DNA from: Fimicolochytrium jonesii
Lineage: Eukaryota
NCBI RefSeq assembly: GCF_025526975.1
Contig: NW_026515668.1
Span: 310,001-374,000 of the forward strand
Length of the DNA: 64,000 bases
Reading direction: 5' to 3'
In this document: piece after piece, positions 1-12,107 of the stretch
Position numbering within the stretch: position 1 is the first letter of the stretch
Layout: every line of letters starts with the position of its first letter
Notes under the pieces: generated by a model
Seen by the model: the letters and a program-made list of their open reading frames with translations, nothing else
What the model was told of the DNA's origin: nothing
Databases searched by the model: none
Translations under genes and position numbers: made by a program

Positions 1-36
1 GGCGAGAGCACAGAAGATAGCACTGACGGCCTTCAT
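1..36 (-). CDS. 5' end of a probable secreted protein running off the window edge (MKAVSAIFCALA...)
   Basis: ATG at 36 in caccATG context; hydrophobic signal-peptide-like start; TATAAA on the minus strand at 123-128. Confidence 0.55.
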   Translation of the reverse strand, partial: MKAVSAIFCALA

Positions 37-650
37 GGTGGACAGTGTTTTGTGTGAAGTGGAGAGTGAGATGAGGGGGGGATGCTGGCGAGGGAAAGGA
101 GCTTGCGAGGCCAGTTTGGGTCTTTATATGAGCGGCAATCAGTGCCCAATCAATAAGGGCGATCCTTGTGGGCTAATGACTTAACGGCCCCAACAAGACG
201 GTTTGATTAAATCGACCATTCCTCGCGGTGTCTCATTTTGCTTAGGAGCTTGATTAGATTCTGCTCCCAACTTCACCTTTCTTTCCCAATCCCTGTTCGA
301 GAGGTCCCGTGCCAAGGTTCAGTTTAGCGTCCACATTAGAAATCAACCCCCAAGTGCGCGGCCTCCTAATCGAGGCAGGCAGGAGTGGCCTTCAGTCACT
401 GGCTGGGATGGGGCTCGGGATCGCGTCTCTCCTGCCATTGCCGTCGTTGCAGCCAATCACCATGCCGCACGGCATAAGGCGAAGCCACATTTGTTGCCTT
501 TCAAAGCCATTAAATGCATCACGTGAGAGGGTGGGCGTCCGGACTTCTGGACAACCCATTGTGAACTTCCCTCTCATCAGTTTCCGCACTCTCTCGCAAT
601 CCGTAACGAACGCACCCTCCCATCGGACGCAAATCTACAAAACAACAACG

Positions 651-1440
651 ATGTCCGCACCCTTCACAACATCAATCCTCACCCTCGCCGCCTCCCACAA
701 CCTCCACCCCTCCTCAGCATCCCATCAATCCTCCCCAGCCACGACCCCCTCAACCAAACCAACACCCTCCCAACCAGACCTCCTCACCCTCCTCGACACA
801 CTCACACACCTACAAACCGCCATCCACACCGAATCGATAGATCTCGCTATTCGGAGGATTCATCACCTTCCTCGGAACTTGAGGGAGGAGGAGGAAGGTG
901 ACGAGACTGACGCGTTGGAACGCGTCGCGATACATTTGCGTGAGGTGGATGAAGGGATGGATGTGCTGAGGAAGGTTGTGGTTGTCGACGGTGAGGAGGA
1001 GGAAGATGAGGATGGGAGGTGGATTGAGGTGGATAGGAAGGCCCATGGGTAAGTTCCCTGTTCACTAGCGGGAAACTGGAGGGCTTTTCATTTCTGACAT
1101 TCATGAACAGGGCATTGGCACACCTCACCGAAACAATGATACAATACCACCACCAACCTCCAGGATCCTCAACACCGCGCGTCCAGCAGGAGTATGTGGA
1201 ATGGGTGCATCGCGGGGGAGTGGAGGAGAGTGTGCGGGATGAGTTGGTGAGTTCTCGTCTTTTCGTGGGGGGGGGGGGGGGGGGGGGGAGGAATTCTTTC
1301 AGATGGGATTTATGGGATGTAATGGTTTCGTTGTTTGTTTGTCTTAGCGGCCAGGGCTGGCGAAATTGCGAAAGACGTATGCGGGAATGGTGGAGGAGTT
1401 GGAGGCTGTGCGTGGGCGGAGGCGGATGGATGTGTGCTGA
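651..1440 (+). CDS. 3-exon ~208-aa helical protein, tentatively augmin subunit HAUS2-like
   Basis: Exons 651-1048, 1111-1246 and 1348-1440 join in frame across GTAAGT/GTGAGT...AG introns. Motifs LTHLQTAI, LERVAIHLREV and WIEVDRKAH loosely recall HAUS2; the family call is weak. Confidence 0.5.
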
Positions 1441-2098
1441 GTGTGGGCGATTGGTGGAAGAGGCCCTGGGGATGGAAAGAGGGCCGCTACGCCTGCACCT
1501 ACATTTTTTTGCCGTATAGTCTAATAACGAGATGGACGGAGCTACGTCTGCGGTGGATGAGCTGGGCGTGGGGTAAGGCTGGTTCAAGGTCGCTACGCGC
1601 GCGGAACGTGGCGTCGTTGTGTGGGAAGCGAAATGACAGAGTCACGCAGGCGCTTCGGCCGACGGACCTTCCGAACGGCGCCAATGGTGATGACGCGGAC
1701 GAGTAGATCGAGGGAGGAGAAGGCGACTCCGACGATGACGGGAACAAGGACGGGGCCAACTCCCCGGACCTCTTTGACAGTGGTCTTCCCAGTCAGAAAG
1801 CCCATCTTGTAGTCTTCCCCACCGCCGTCGTTCAAAGCAACGAGAAAGATACATATATAAAAGGTAAAAGCGCCAATGACATACAATGTGGAAGATACCA
1901 GTTGGGGATGGGGGGGATTCGTGTACCACACCTCTAGAGCGGATGTTCAGATTGCTCGGAGTTGTGATGGACAAGCTCACATTGTACGCGCATAGTGTAC
2001 AGCGACTTTCCAATCCACATATCCCCTCACGCCGCGTGTTCAACGAAGGAAAGCAAAGAGTGAATCGCTCATATCCACCCCTCACACACCTCCTCCAT

Positions 2099-3834
2099 CT
2101 ACTCATCATCCTCCTCCCCCTCCTCCTCCTCATCCTCCTGACTCTTCAACCAAGCCACGAAAGGCTCCATTTGCTTCACAAACAGCGTCTTTCCCTGCGC
2201 GCCAGCGCCTTTCTCGTACCAATAAACAATCGCACTCTCGGAGACGGCGTCCTCGTCGTACAGGCCCTTGATGATGGACCGGAAGTGCTTCTGGAAGCGG
2301 CCGTCTTGGTAGGCGAGCTGCTGGGCGAGGAGGATGAGCGAGAGCTCGGTTTTGGCGGAGGTGCAGAAGACCGCGAGGACTTTGCCCCAGGTCTGTTTGG
2401 GGGATTGTGGGGGTGAATGAGTAAATGGCGTCGGGCTTAGGAGTCTGATTATCTATGATCAGTATACCTTCAGGATGCTCTTGATCTGACCCTCGAGCTG
2501 TTCGGGGCGAGTGGACCATTCGGTGGAAGAGATCAAAGCTTCCCAGATGATCGGGACGACATCACCTTCCGTCCAGCTGTTGGCGGACATTTGCTGCTTG
2601 ATGTACGTGGCAGCCTACAGGGAATCGACAAGCTGCTTCAGTTGTCGGCACTTCATCAAAAGAGGTATGATCTGCGCCGAAAATGCCGCCCTCACCTCTT
2701 GAGGGGTCCCCTCCACAAAGATCTGGAACAAACGCTCCTTGACCTGTTCCTTGACGACGCTCTGCTGTTTCTTATTGAAGTACTCGACCAGAGGCTTGAG
2801 GCCCTCCGTCTCAAAGTGGCGGGCGACGTATTCCGCCTCGCGCTTGCCCGGGGGAAAGAACTCGAGAAGCTTGGTGTCCAGTCCACCCTTCTTGATGGCC
2901 ATGCTGAGCTGGTCGATGGTGTGGTCTTCGAGGTAGCTGCGGAAGACGCCGGTGACGAACTGCAGGGCGGCCCCTACGAGAAATTCGATAGTCAGTCTCT
3001 CTGCGCTTCCCCGCTGTCAAGATTTCTATGTGCAAGCCCTTAAACCCGCGAAACCCACCATCCTTCACGAGATGCTCCTTCATCATGTTGCCCAGAACGG
3101 AAATGGACAGCAACTGCATGCTAATCAACCGGCCAGTAGCACGGGCCAGCTTGTTCGTGTTGTCGCCGAACTTGTTGACGTACTGCAATAGATGGGACAT
3201 GCATTCTTCGAGGCGCCTTTCGAGATACTTGTATCGGCGGATCAGCCGGCTACGAGAGCAAAAAAGACAACGGCTCGTCAGAAATCGTCATGATCTTGCC
3301 ATATCAATAGAGCACGACCAACATCTTCACACCCCATCCGCATCTCCCCTCGCTCCTTACTTCATAATATCGACCCTAGCCCTGACAGCCTCCTTCGAGT
3401 CTTCGGCCGCAAAGATGCTGAAAGGGTTCTTACGGGGTCCATCTTCGATAACTCCACCGGGGGCAATCAATCCACCGACGATCAGAAACTCAAAGAAGGA
3501 TTCGCCGTAGCGCTTGTAGTCCAGCTTCGATTCATTCAACTCTAGAAGCGAGGCGTATTTCTCGATTTCGTCCGCGTTCTCGGGGATAATCTTCAGCAGG
3601 GCGTCACGGAAGGCCTCTGGTTCATGTTTTGTTACAGCTTCTCGCTGTTGTAGGGGAAAGTATGGGGTTAGATTCAGCGTGGGAGACCATAGATCACTCC
3701 TACTATGTGCTGCCCATTTCCATTTCCAAGCGTCACTCAAGCCCTGCGTCGTCTATCTCCCACGGCGGCGCACGACCACTGACCTTGCGCTGCTTGAGCT
3801 TAAACTGAGGCGCAGGGGCGGGTGGAGCAGACAT
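2099..3834 (-). CDS. BZW: eIF5-mimic protein (5MP / BZW1-2), W2-domain translation regulator, multi-exon
   Basis: KLKQRKRE N-terminus; LDYKRYGESFFEFLIVGGLIAPGG; RLIRRYKYLE; C-terminal W2 end GKTLFVKQMEPFVAWLKSQEDEEE; TAG at 2099-2101. Confidence 0.93.
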
Positions 3835-3902
3835 ATATATTCGACGGTTGCGCTTTTGAGCTTCTTAGTAGAATGTGTGTTGAAGGGGTTTCCGTATGCA
3901 GT

Positions 3903-3995
3903 CTGCAATGAATCATGGGTCTGTTAAGCGAAATTCGGCACCTCGAACAGCACCAGTGATGACGCTACAGCCGCGGCGTCTGCCATCCCCCCTAC
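3903..3995 (-). other. Probable 5'-UTR intron of BZW
   Basis: AAG|GTAGGG donor, GCTTAAC branch-like site and TTGCAG acceptor, ending 68 nt upstream of the ATG. Confidence 0.6.
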
Positions 3996-4437
3996 CTTGC
4001 AAGAAACTGTGGACTGTAAGTTGAAGTGGGTGCAGTTATTGGCTGTAAATGCGTGGCTGTTGTTATGTGTGTGTGCCGTGCGAAAGCGCTCTCCCTCGTG
4101 CGAAGGAAATGCACCCAGCCACAGTCTCGCATCATTTTTTCGTCAAGTCCCGCATCCGCGTGTTCTGCAGTTCCTGCCAACGCGTCACGAACTAACAAGA
4201 GCCAGCACCCTCGGAGCCTCTTGCCGACTTGCCTCCCGCTCACAACTCAACTGTGCTGCGTTCTACAACTTTCCCACCCATAACCACACACGCACAGACG
4301 CACCTGCAGCACTGCTGCCGTCAACGCGTAGACTCAGTGAGCGTAGCATAGCATAGCTAGCCTGCATACATAGCGTCCAAAGTCGTTCTCGTCAGTCTCA
4401 GAGCATTTCATAAGGGGCACAGCACAGCTCATTCGCC

Positions 4438-5997
4438 ATGCCCAGCGACCTCGATAGGTGCGTGCATGTTCCCACCCGCGGTGTGCAAAGCCAGGCATTG
4501 GATCCCGCTTGGCGTACGGCTATACTCACTCGTTTTTATTGTAGACAAATAGACCAGCTTCGCCGCTGCGAAATCATAACGGAGAGCGAAGTGAAAGACT
4601 TATGCAACAAGGCGCGGGAGATCCTGGTAGAGGAGAGTAACGTGCAGCGCGTGGACGCTCCTGTGACGGTATGCAGCCTGTTTGCGGGTGGAAGTGCGTT
4701 GGGGCACACCGTCTGAAGCTGTTCGCGTTTCCGTCTCAGATATGCGGAGATATCCACGGCCAGTTTTATGACCTGAAGGAGCTGTTTCGGGTGGGTGGGG
4801 AATGTCCAACGACTAATTATCTATTCATGGGTATGTGAAAAGGTCTGGTGCTCTGATGCGATGTGTGAAAGTCTTGTCTTACCGGACGTGTTTCCTAGGG
4901 GACTTTGTGGATCGAGGATTTTACAGCGTAGAAACGTTCTTGCTGCTGTTAGCGCTTAAAGTCCGATATCCGGATAGGGTAAGTCCTTGCTTTCGAGTCA
5001 AGCGGAAACCGGCGCAAAACTTACCCTGGTGACCTCCAGATAACACTGATCCGCGGCAACCACGAAAGCCGGCAAATCACGCAAGTATACGGCTTCTACG
5101 ACGAGTGCCTGCGCAAATACGGATCGGTGAACGTATGGCGGTATTGCTGCGAGATATTCGACTACCTGAGCTTGTCGGCGATCATAGACGACAAGATCTT
5201 CTGTGTGCATGGAGGACTATCACCGGCTATCCAGACGCTTGATCAAGTATGGGAGTTAGCATTGACTTTGTCGGTCACAGGTGAAAGGCATAGTGTGCTT
5301 ATCGATCTTTGTCCCGTGACAGATACGAATCATAGATAGAAAGCAAGAAGTACCGCACGACGGGGCGATGTGCGACCTACTGTGGTCCGACCCGGAAGGT
5401 AAGGACGAGTTCACCTCACTGTAGCGTCGATGTATACCGCTAACGGATGTGTGTTTGCAGATATCGAAGGATGGGGTCTGAGTCCACGAGGTGCTGGATT
5501 TCTCTTCGGGGGAAATGAAGCCACAAAGGTAAACGACTTTACGCTTTACCCGGCGATCCCCTTGCATATTGAACGGGGGCGTCGTCTAATCCGGACCTCC
5601 TAGTTCGTCCACGAAAACAACCTCACTCTCATCGCACGTGCCCACCAACTCGTTATGGAGGGGTACAAAACCATGTTCAAAAACACTGTTGTGACGGTCT
5701 GGTCTGCGCCAAATTACTGCTACAGGTAGAGTTGCGGCAACGTGCCTCTTCCTTGTCGCCACACTGTCAGAAAGCGGTCCTAACCTTCTCTCTGGGAACA
5801 GATGTGGAAACGTGGCAGCGATCCTGGAACTGGATGAACACCTAAGCGCGAATTATAAGATCTTTGAAGCTGCGCCACAGGTCAGTTCTAACCCTCACCC
5901 CTCGGCTCTCTCCATCCGCTCGCCTAAAACATTTGTATGCTAATAGGAGGCGAGAGGGTTACCTAACCGAAAACCAGCGCCAGAGTATTTCCTCTAA
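4438..5997 (+). CDS. PPH3: Serine/threonine protein phosphatase 4 catalytic subunit (PPP4C/PPH3), multi-exon
   Basis: [25 protein letters not shown] start; [22 protein letters not shown] and [12 protein letters not shown] motifs; C-terminal PEYFL* (TAA 5995-5997). Confidence 0.93.
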
Positions 5998-6690
5998 ATT
6001 ACCTACCAAAACCCCGCCTTCCGAATCACCCGAAGACCGGGTTCGGTTGTCCCTCCCGCATCGTCGAAAAGAAGCATAACTAATAACCTCACGGCAGGGG
6101 CTCGTCAACAACACAAACCCTGGCAAAACCGCTTGTGTCTTTCAGACGCACGTTTTATAGTCGCGAAACGGCGTACGAGCAGGTCATTTCTTTGCTCCCT
6201 CGCCTCTGACCCCGATGCGGTCAGTACAACTGCTCTTCTCACGCATCACGCACACCGAGAGTTAGCCGACCCCGCCAGTCGCACTTCTACGACTTGTACC
6301 TGGACGCCCCTTCGCCTTCGCACCCTCACCTTCTTGATATCCCTAACATAGCGTAGCGGGGACGGCCACCTATACCTGCCATTGGTGGAGTTGCTGCCGC
6401 TCATTTAAGACAGCCAAACCGCGACCGCGAAGAATGTGATTCTTCATATGTATTCGTGACGATGTGTGATTTGTGTATCGGCTTGCGAGTGTGAATTGCA
6501 TTGAGATATCCAATGTTTACAAAATGCCCGGGATCTAAGTGATGGAGAAACAGTGATAGATGGGTCGCACGTGGGACACAGTGCGAGTACGATACGGATT
6601 CGGGGCCTCGTTTTTGTTCATCGGCCGGGGAGATGGACGCAATGTTGTAAAGTTTTTGTTATTGTCCGCCAACCTCACTTATTTCAACCT

Positions 6691-9665
6691 TCATCGGCGC
6701 CATGTACCGCCACCCCCAGTCTCCTTCTCCCGATTCTGTTTTGCCGCCTTGTTATTGGCCGCCTCCTTGTTGTTCACCGCTACTTCCTGAGTTGTGGGGA
6801 AATCCACGTCCCAGTACCTAAATGAGCGGAACAACCTGATCAGCAACGAGTTTGAGAGCAGTTGGGATTCGAAGTGACGTACCCAGGCGGCGTGTTCGGC
6901 GGTTTATGAACATGCCGATGCCTCGATACCGCCTGCAGATGCGTGGCGTGGGCGTTACTCTTCTGGTCGTGGGCACAGCCGGCGGAATGTGCGGTGGGCG
7001 CGCCGAGTTCGGGGAGGGGCGCGATGGGGCCTGCTGCCTCGTAGAACTGTTATGACAATAAATGAAAGTTCGTTGGTTTTGATGAGATGATGCAGATGAA
7101 TGATGGTGTATGTCATCAAGAGACCCACTTTGGCACAACACCAATTATCCTGAGCCTGCATCTTCTTCCTTTGTTCTTTATTGCGCACGACTTCCTGATA
7201 CTTGTACTGCACAGGTGCCGTTCCGGACGTCCGCGGTGGACGCGCAACCACGGTCGTCGTCATCGTTGATGTGGTCGTCATCGCACCAACCCCCATACTC
7301 CTCGGCAGTTTCCGCGTCTCGTCATCCGTGATCTCCCTATCACCCTGATCATGCTCGTCGCCGCTCGTGCTTAGCACTTCGATGACGGGGGGTTTGGGCG
7401 GTTCGTGTGCCGAGGACGATCGAGCGGCTTCTTTCGAACGTGATAAGGCGTTTTTTGTGGCTTTCTTTCTTGCTCTTTTATCTGTGTCGGATTGCATGGA
7501 GGACGGTGTTGCCGGTAACGGGCCTCTGATGGGAGGGGAGGCGTGGCGGGTGGTATGCGATGCCGGGGTGATGCGATGGGAGACGCGGGTGGAGATCGGG
7601 GTTTCGGCAATGAGAATATCAACGGCATCGGGTACTGTTTCGCGGGGTCGCTTGAGCGTACTTACGGGTATAGACGTGGGCAGAGCTGTTGGTCGGGATG
7701 ATGTTGGCATCGTGCTCGATGGTCTTCCCTCTTCGCTTGCTGTTATCGCTGCCTCCTTGTTCGAGGTATTTTGATCGTCCAGCAACCTTGCGGTCTCTAG
7801 GTTTCGCGACGGTGGTGGGACGTTCAACTGAAGCTCGTCAGCCGCTCTCACAGCGTCTGACATGGATATTTGCGAGCTGGATGGGGACGAACATCCGAGC
7901 AAGTCCGCACCGCGCGGTTTCGGCCGTGTTGCTGGGACTGGGGAGGATGCCGCTTCGACGTCGGATGATGGCTTGTTCAACAAGATTTCCGAAGATGTTG
8001 TCCGTCCATTACGTTGAAGCTTCCCTTCGTCATCACCCTCAGACGGCTCATCCATAGAAACCGCATCTGCTTCCTCTCCGACTTCCATAGCGCTCGATGC
8101 ATTGATTGCCGGATGGTGAACTCCAGGCCCCGTATCCATATCGCCCCAGTCATCATCCATCAAGTTCCCAAAATCAATGTTCATGAACACACTTGGGCCC
8201 ACATCCCCAGGATCCTTGAAGCCTAGCCCTCTCTCGAAGTCGTACGGAGGAGTTGGATCGACATGCTGGTCGGGTGTCCCGCTTAGTTGGTCTACAGCTG
8301 CTGCTGCTCCGAGGGATGGAGTGATGTTTTCCAAATCTGCAGGGACGAAGAGGGTCTCGTCTACATGTGTGGCAACCACTGCGGCCACGACTTGTTCCGG
8401 AACGGCATCCGCAGCGGGAATATTTGCCTGGTGCGGAAGGAGCGGTATCCTTCGAAATTTGAGGTTCTCTTTGACCCTGTCGTTCGAGAAAGATGAGAAA
8501 TCCTGACGGAGGAGTGACATGATACAGCCAGAATGTATCAACGACTGCGCCTTACATCGGTGACCCGTTATTTTTGCATACCATCGTGGACATCTCACTA
8601 TCTGAGACATACTTGTCGGAACGTCGGCGCTTAGCACGTGGAGTTGCTGCACCAAAACGTCAGGGATCTGGCGGAAAGAGGCGTACAATGGATCTGGTAG
8701 CTCACATGTATCCAAATTTTCTGGTTTGTTGCCGTTATGCTCCGGGGTAGCGGCCGGTGCAGCACGAGGAAGTTCTTGTGCGGCTAATGAAGGCCCTGCA
8801 GCTCCAGCTGCTGAGCCCCGATTTTCCTTCAACTTCTGTATCGCATGTTGATGCACGATCTCGTTCGCACGCCGCTTCTTTTCGAGCCAATCTTGACCCT
8901 TCTTCTCCGACTTTTTCGACATTGCTTCCGCGTCCGCTCGGGCCTTGTCACGTTCGGTCTTCAAACGATCGTATTTACCCTTCAGATGAGTATTTTCTCG
9001 GGTTAACCTGCCGGCGGGGGATATCAGCATTCTTTCCAGACTCACAGCCGGAGTATTCTCTCCACCACCTACTTTATGTTTTCGTTCTTTAATTCATTGA
9101 GCACATTTCCGGCCGAAGAGTCCGTCGGAAAGAGCTTGGTCACGTCCCCCAGCTCAACCAAACGTTTTCTGCAGAGGCTGTCAACAAGTTGCGACTTTCC
9201 CTCAAACTCTGGTGCATCCAGCTCACCTGAGGATCTCAACCTCAACCTGCAGATCCCTCCATTTCGTTTTGTATTTCAGACACTTTCCTTCCGCGGCCGC
9301 GCTGTGCTCTCGCTGCACATCCACCCTCTCCTGATATAGTAGAACAAGCTCTTCGATATGGTCCACTGCTCTGGATGCCTGGCTGTCTCGCTCCACTTTG
9401 CAGGATGCAAGCTCGCTTCTCAGTGAAAGCACTTCGCTTTCCATCGATATCTTTGCCATTCTAAGTTCTGTAGACGGTGAGCGTTAAAAGGGTGGAATCG
9501 AAGACAAGCCTTGCAAAACGAGACCGAAGGGCGGCGACCGGACGACTGACTGTTCAGTTCTTCGTAGTGCAGCATCCATGCAGCTTGCATGTGGCCGTCA
9601 AATGTCCCTTGCCCAGGGGCGGACTGAGTTGCTCCGCCCGGCTCAGCGTCTCCATTATCTTGCAT
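6691..9665 (-). CDS. CTP1: DNA end-resection factor CtIP/Ctp1/Sae2 homolog
   Basis: N-terminal coiled coil and long disordered middle. Spliced C-terminus reads YQEVVRNKEQRKKM..CCAKFY...SRHRHVHKPPNTPPGYWDVDFPTTQ (RHR motif, TP and TQ phosphosites). Confidence 0.85.
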
Positions 9666-10157
9666 CTTGTTTGCACTCGAAGCGAGGTTGCCGATAGCTC
9701 AACCACCGGCACTTCTAAAGCTCAACCAGCACAAAACGTCAAGAGATTGCGGAAGTTGTCGTCAGTGGTTTCCGAGGCCCGCGAGCGATGCCGTCCTGCG
9801 TAATATAATGGGACCCTGTCACCCTGGGCGTGGGGAAAACGAAGTTCTGACGATCGCAACTGGTCCCGACGGGGGCTATGCAACCTCCATTTACGTGCGC
9901 AGTCCCGAATAGACGCCTTATGACCCCCATGTCGACAGCCCCAGACGGTTGACCTCCCCAATTTCAACAATTTCAACTCTCATCTACTGTACTGTACAAA
10001 GAGCATCCGGGTCTGTTCTCATAGTTATTTCCATCTGTTATAGGGTGTGCTTTAATCTCGTTGCGCGCACGCTCCCTGCAGCCAACCCAGCTGAAGCTAC
10101 TTTCTAGCCGTTGCATATCTGCTTTATAGTTAGATTCCTTTATTACACCTCCGAAAA

Positions 10158-10724
10158 ATGGGCAACCTGCAGTCGAGCACCTCTCCGAATTCGTCGGACC
10201 CGGGCGGGGCTAGCATTCCGCCTCTAGCCCAGGATTTTCGGCAACAGGCGGATGAGCAAGCCCGTCTGCGAAATTCCTGCTACCAGAGTTCTCAGGAAGC
10301 TTGGCGCTCAGGGCAAAAGGACCAAGCAAAGGTCTGGAGTATCAAGGGGAAGGAACATGATCAGCAGATGCGAATCTTGAATGAGCGGGCAGCGGCCGAA
10401 GCCTTCGCTGTCAACAATCGCGGCAGAGACTTGTCCGAGATTGACCTGCATGGCCTATCTGTCGACGGAGCGATCGGTGCTGTCAAGCAGCATTTGGGGA
10501 AGTGTAGGAAAAACGGCGTGAAGAAGACGGTGGTCATCACAGGTCGCGGGCTGCGTAGTTCCAACGGGGTTGCCAAAATCAAACCTGCGGTGGAAGCACT
10601 TCTCAGGGAGGAAAAGCTCCGAGCGACTGAAGACCCGAGAAATCCCGGCTGTATTGTTCTTGAGCTTGATGTGCCGACATCTTCGATCGGGTGGTTCATC
10701 GAGAAGGCCTGCGTCATTATGTGA
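10158..10724 (+). CDS. DUF1771-Smr domain endonuclease (Ypl199c/Cue2-like), intronless, with predicted lipid anchors
   Basis: SQEAWRSGQKDQAK (DUF1771), IDLHGL, VITGRGLRS and NPG (Smr); starts MGNLQS and ends CVIM. Confidence 0.9.
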   Translation: MGNLQSSTSPNSSDPGGASIPPLAQDFRQQADEQARLRNSCYQSSQEAWRSGQKDQAKVWSIKGKEHDQQMRILNERAAAEAFAVNNRGRDLSEIDLHGLSVDGAIGAVKQHLGKCRKNGVKKTVVITGRGLRSSNGVAKIKPAVEALLREEKLRATEDPRNPGCIVLELDVPTSSIGWFIEKACVIM

Positions 10725-12107
10725 CCTGAGTGTGTTTGCTGGGAGATCGAATTTTTTTTTCCGTAAGCTGGGTTTGCCACTGTCGCCGTAGATAAAGGTG
10801 ATAGCTACTATGTCCTGCACGAGTGGTTAGGGCGGTGAGCAGGCAGGGGCCTATCGATCAGTCTAGCTTCCACCTTGATAAATAAACCATTGCTCTGTGA
10901 GCGGCATGTGCTTCACAAATTCACCCCCGAGTTCGTTCTCCCGTCAAGCTCGAGACGGGTCACCACATGGATCATCCATGGATCAGCTAAGGAAGTGTCT
11001 CCCGGTCCGGCGACCGCACTGTCGAAATTTGGGAGACCACGCCAGCCATTGGGAATCCATGCAGGGAGATTTCTATCTGTTTCTATCTAACCCCGTTGCT
11101 CCTGGAGTCTGAATGCCATCTAATGCGGTTACATCCCTTCCGTTTATCCTGTATATACTAGTCATCAGCGCCCTGAGCGTTGAGATCAATAGGAAATTTC
11201 CGTTACAGCAGACGATCATCAGCATCCCTGATTAAAAACAACCGACCCTGGGACGCGTGTTTACCGGCCGCGGATCATCAGCTTCAAACCCACAATCTCA
11301 AGGGCGCCCGCCCATGGATTCGCTGGTGTCTTCGTTGTCTGTTTTTGCATCATCGACATCTCATCAGGGACCAATTTCACAAGTTAGATGGTGAGTCCTC
11401 CAAGCCCCATATACCGCTAACTTTGAGCCCAAGGAGGCTGAGTGAGAGGTAATGATTGTCCCGTGCGTTTGAGGACTGTGAATGGGCCGCTACATAGCGA
11501 CCATTTTCCCGGCGGGTGGGAATGATTACCGAACCCACAGGGGTGAAGCGCAAGGGCCTCCCTCGTGAGAAATTCTAACAAGGCGCCATTGCTCCATCTG
11601 TTTCCGGAAAGTTTTGAGAGCCCTGATGTTGCCGGAGCGCCGGGTTTGAAAAAGAACGCATACGTACCAGTGAAGGGCAGGGAAAGACACCCGGAATAAG
11701 ACCTGTAGACGACAACGCATCGACTAAATACCACCGGTTGCACGGTTGGGCCGGAGAGTGCAAGGCGGCTCGGCTCGTAAAACAATACTGCTTTGCCGCA
11801 CGCACGCAGCGGTTGCTGCTCCATCGCTCGTCAGCAACTCCCAAAATTGTTCTTTCCGACGAACAACCTACAGGCATCTTCCTCGACGCGGGGACGACAC
11901 GCACAACCAGAACGCTGTTGGAGCGCGGACGTCTTATTACTGTGTTCGGTTCATCGTTCAGCATTTCTTCGCTGCTGGCGTCGGAGGCGTCCCTCCTGCG
12001 AACGTGTTTCTGCCACTACCGTCGTCCTGAAGGAATCGGTGAGACGTAAACAAAAAAGCCCATACAAACTCCAAAAGCGAAAGGCTCCACTTCTACACCA
12101 CTTCGAT

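Noticed and set aside
309..650. N-terminal extension of the 247-aa ORF from a GTG
   Set aside because: Eukaryotic gene; the good-context ATG at 651 and the change in composition mark the likely start.
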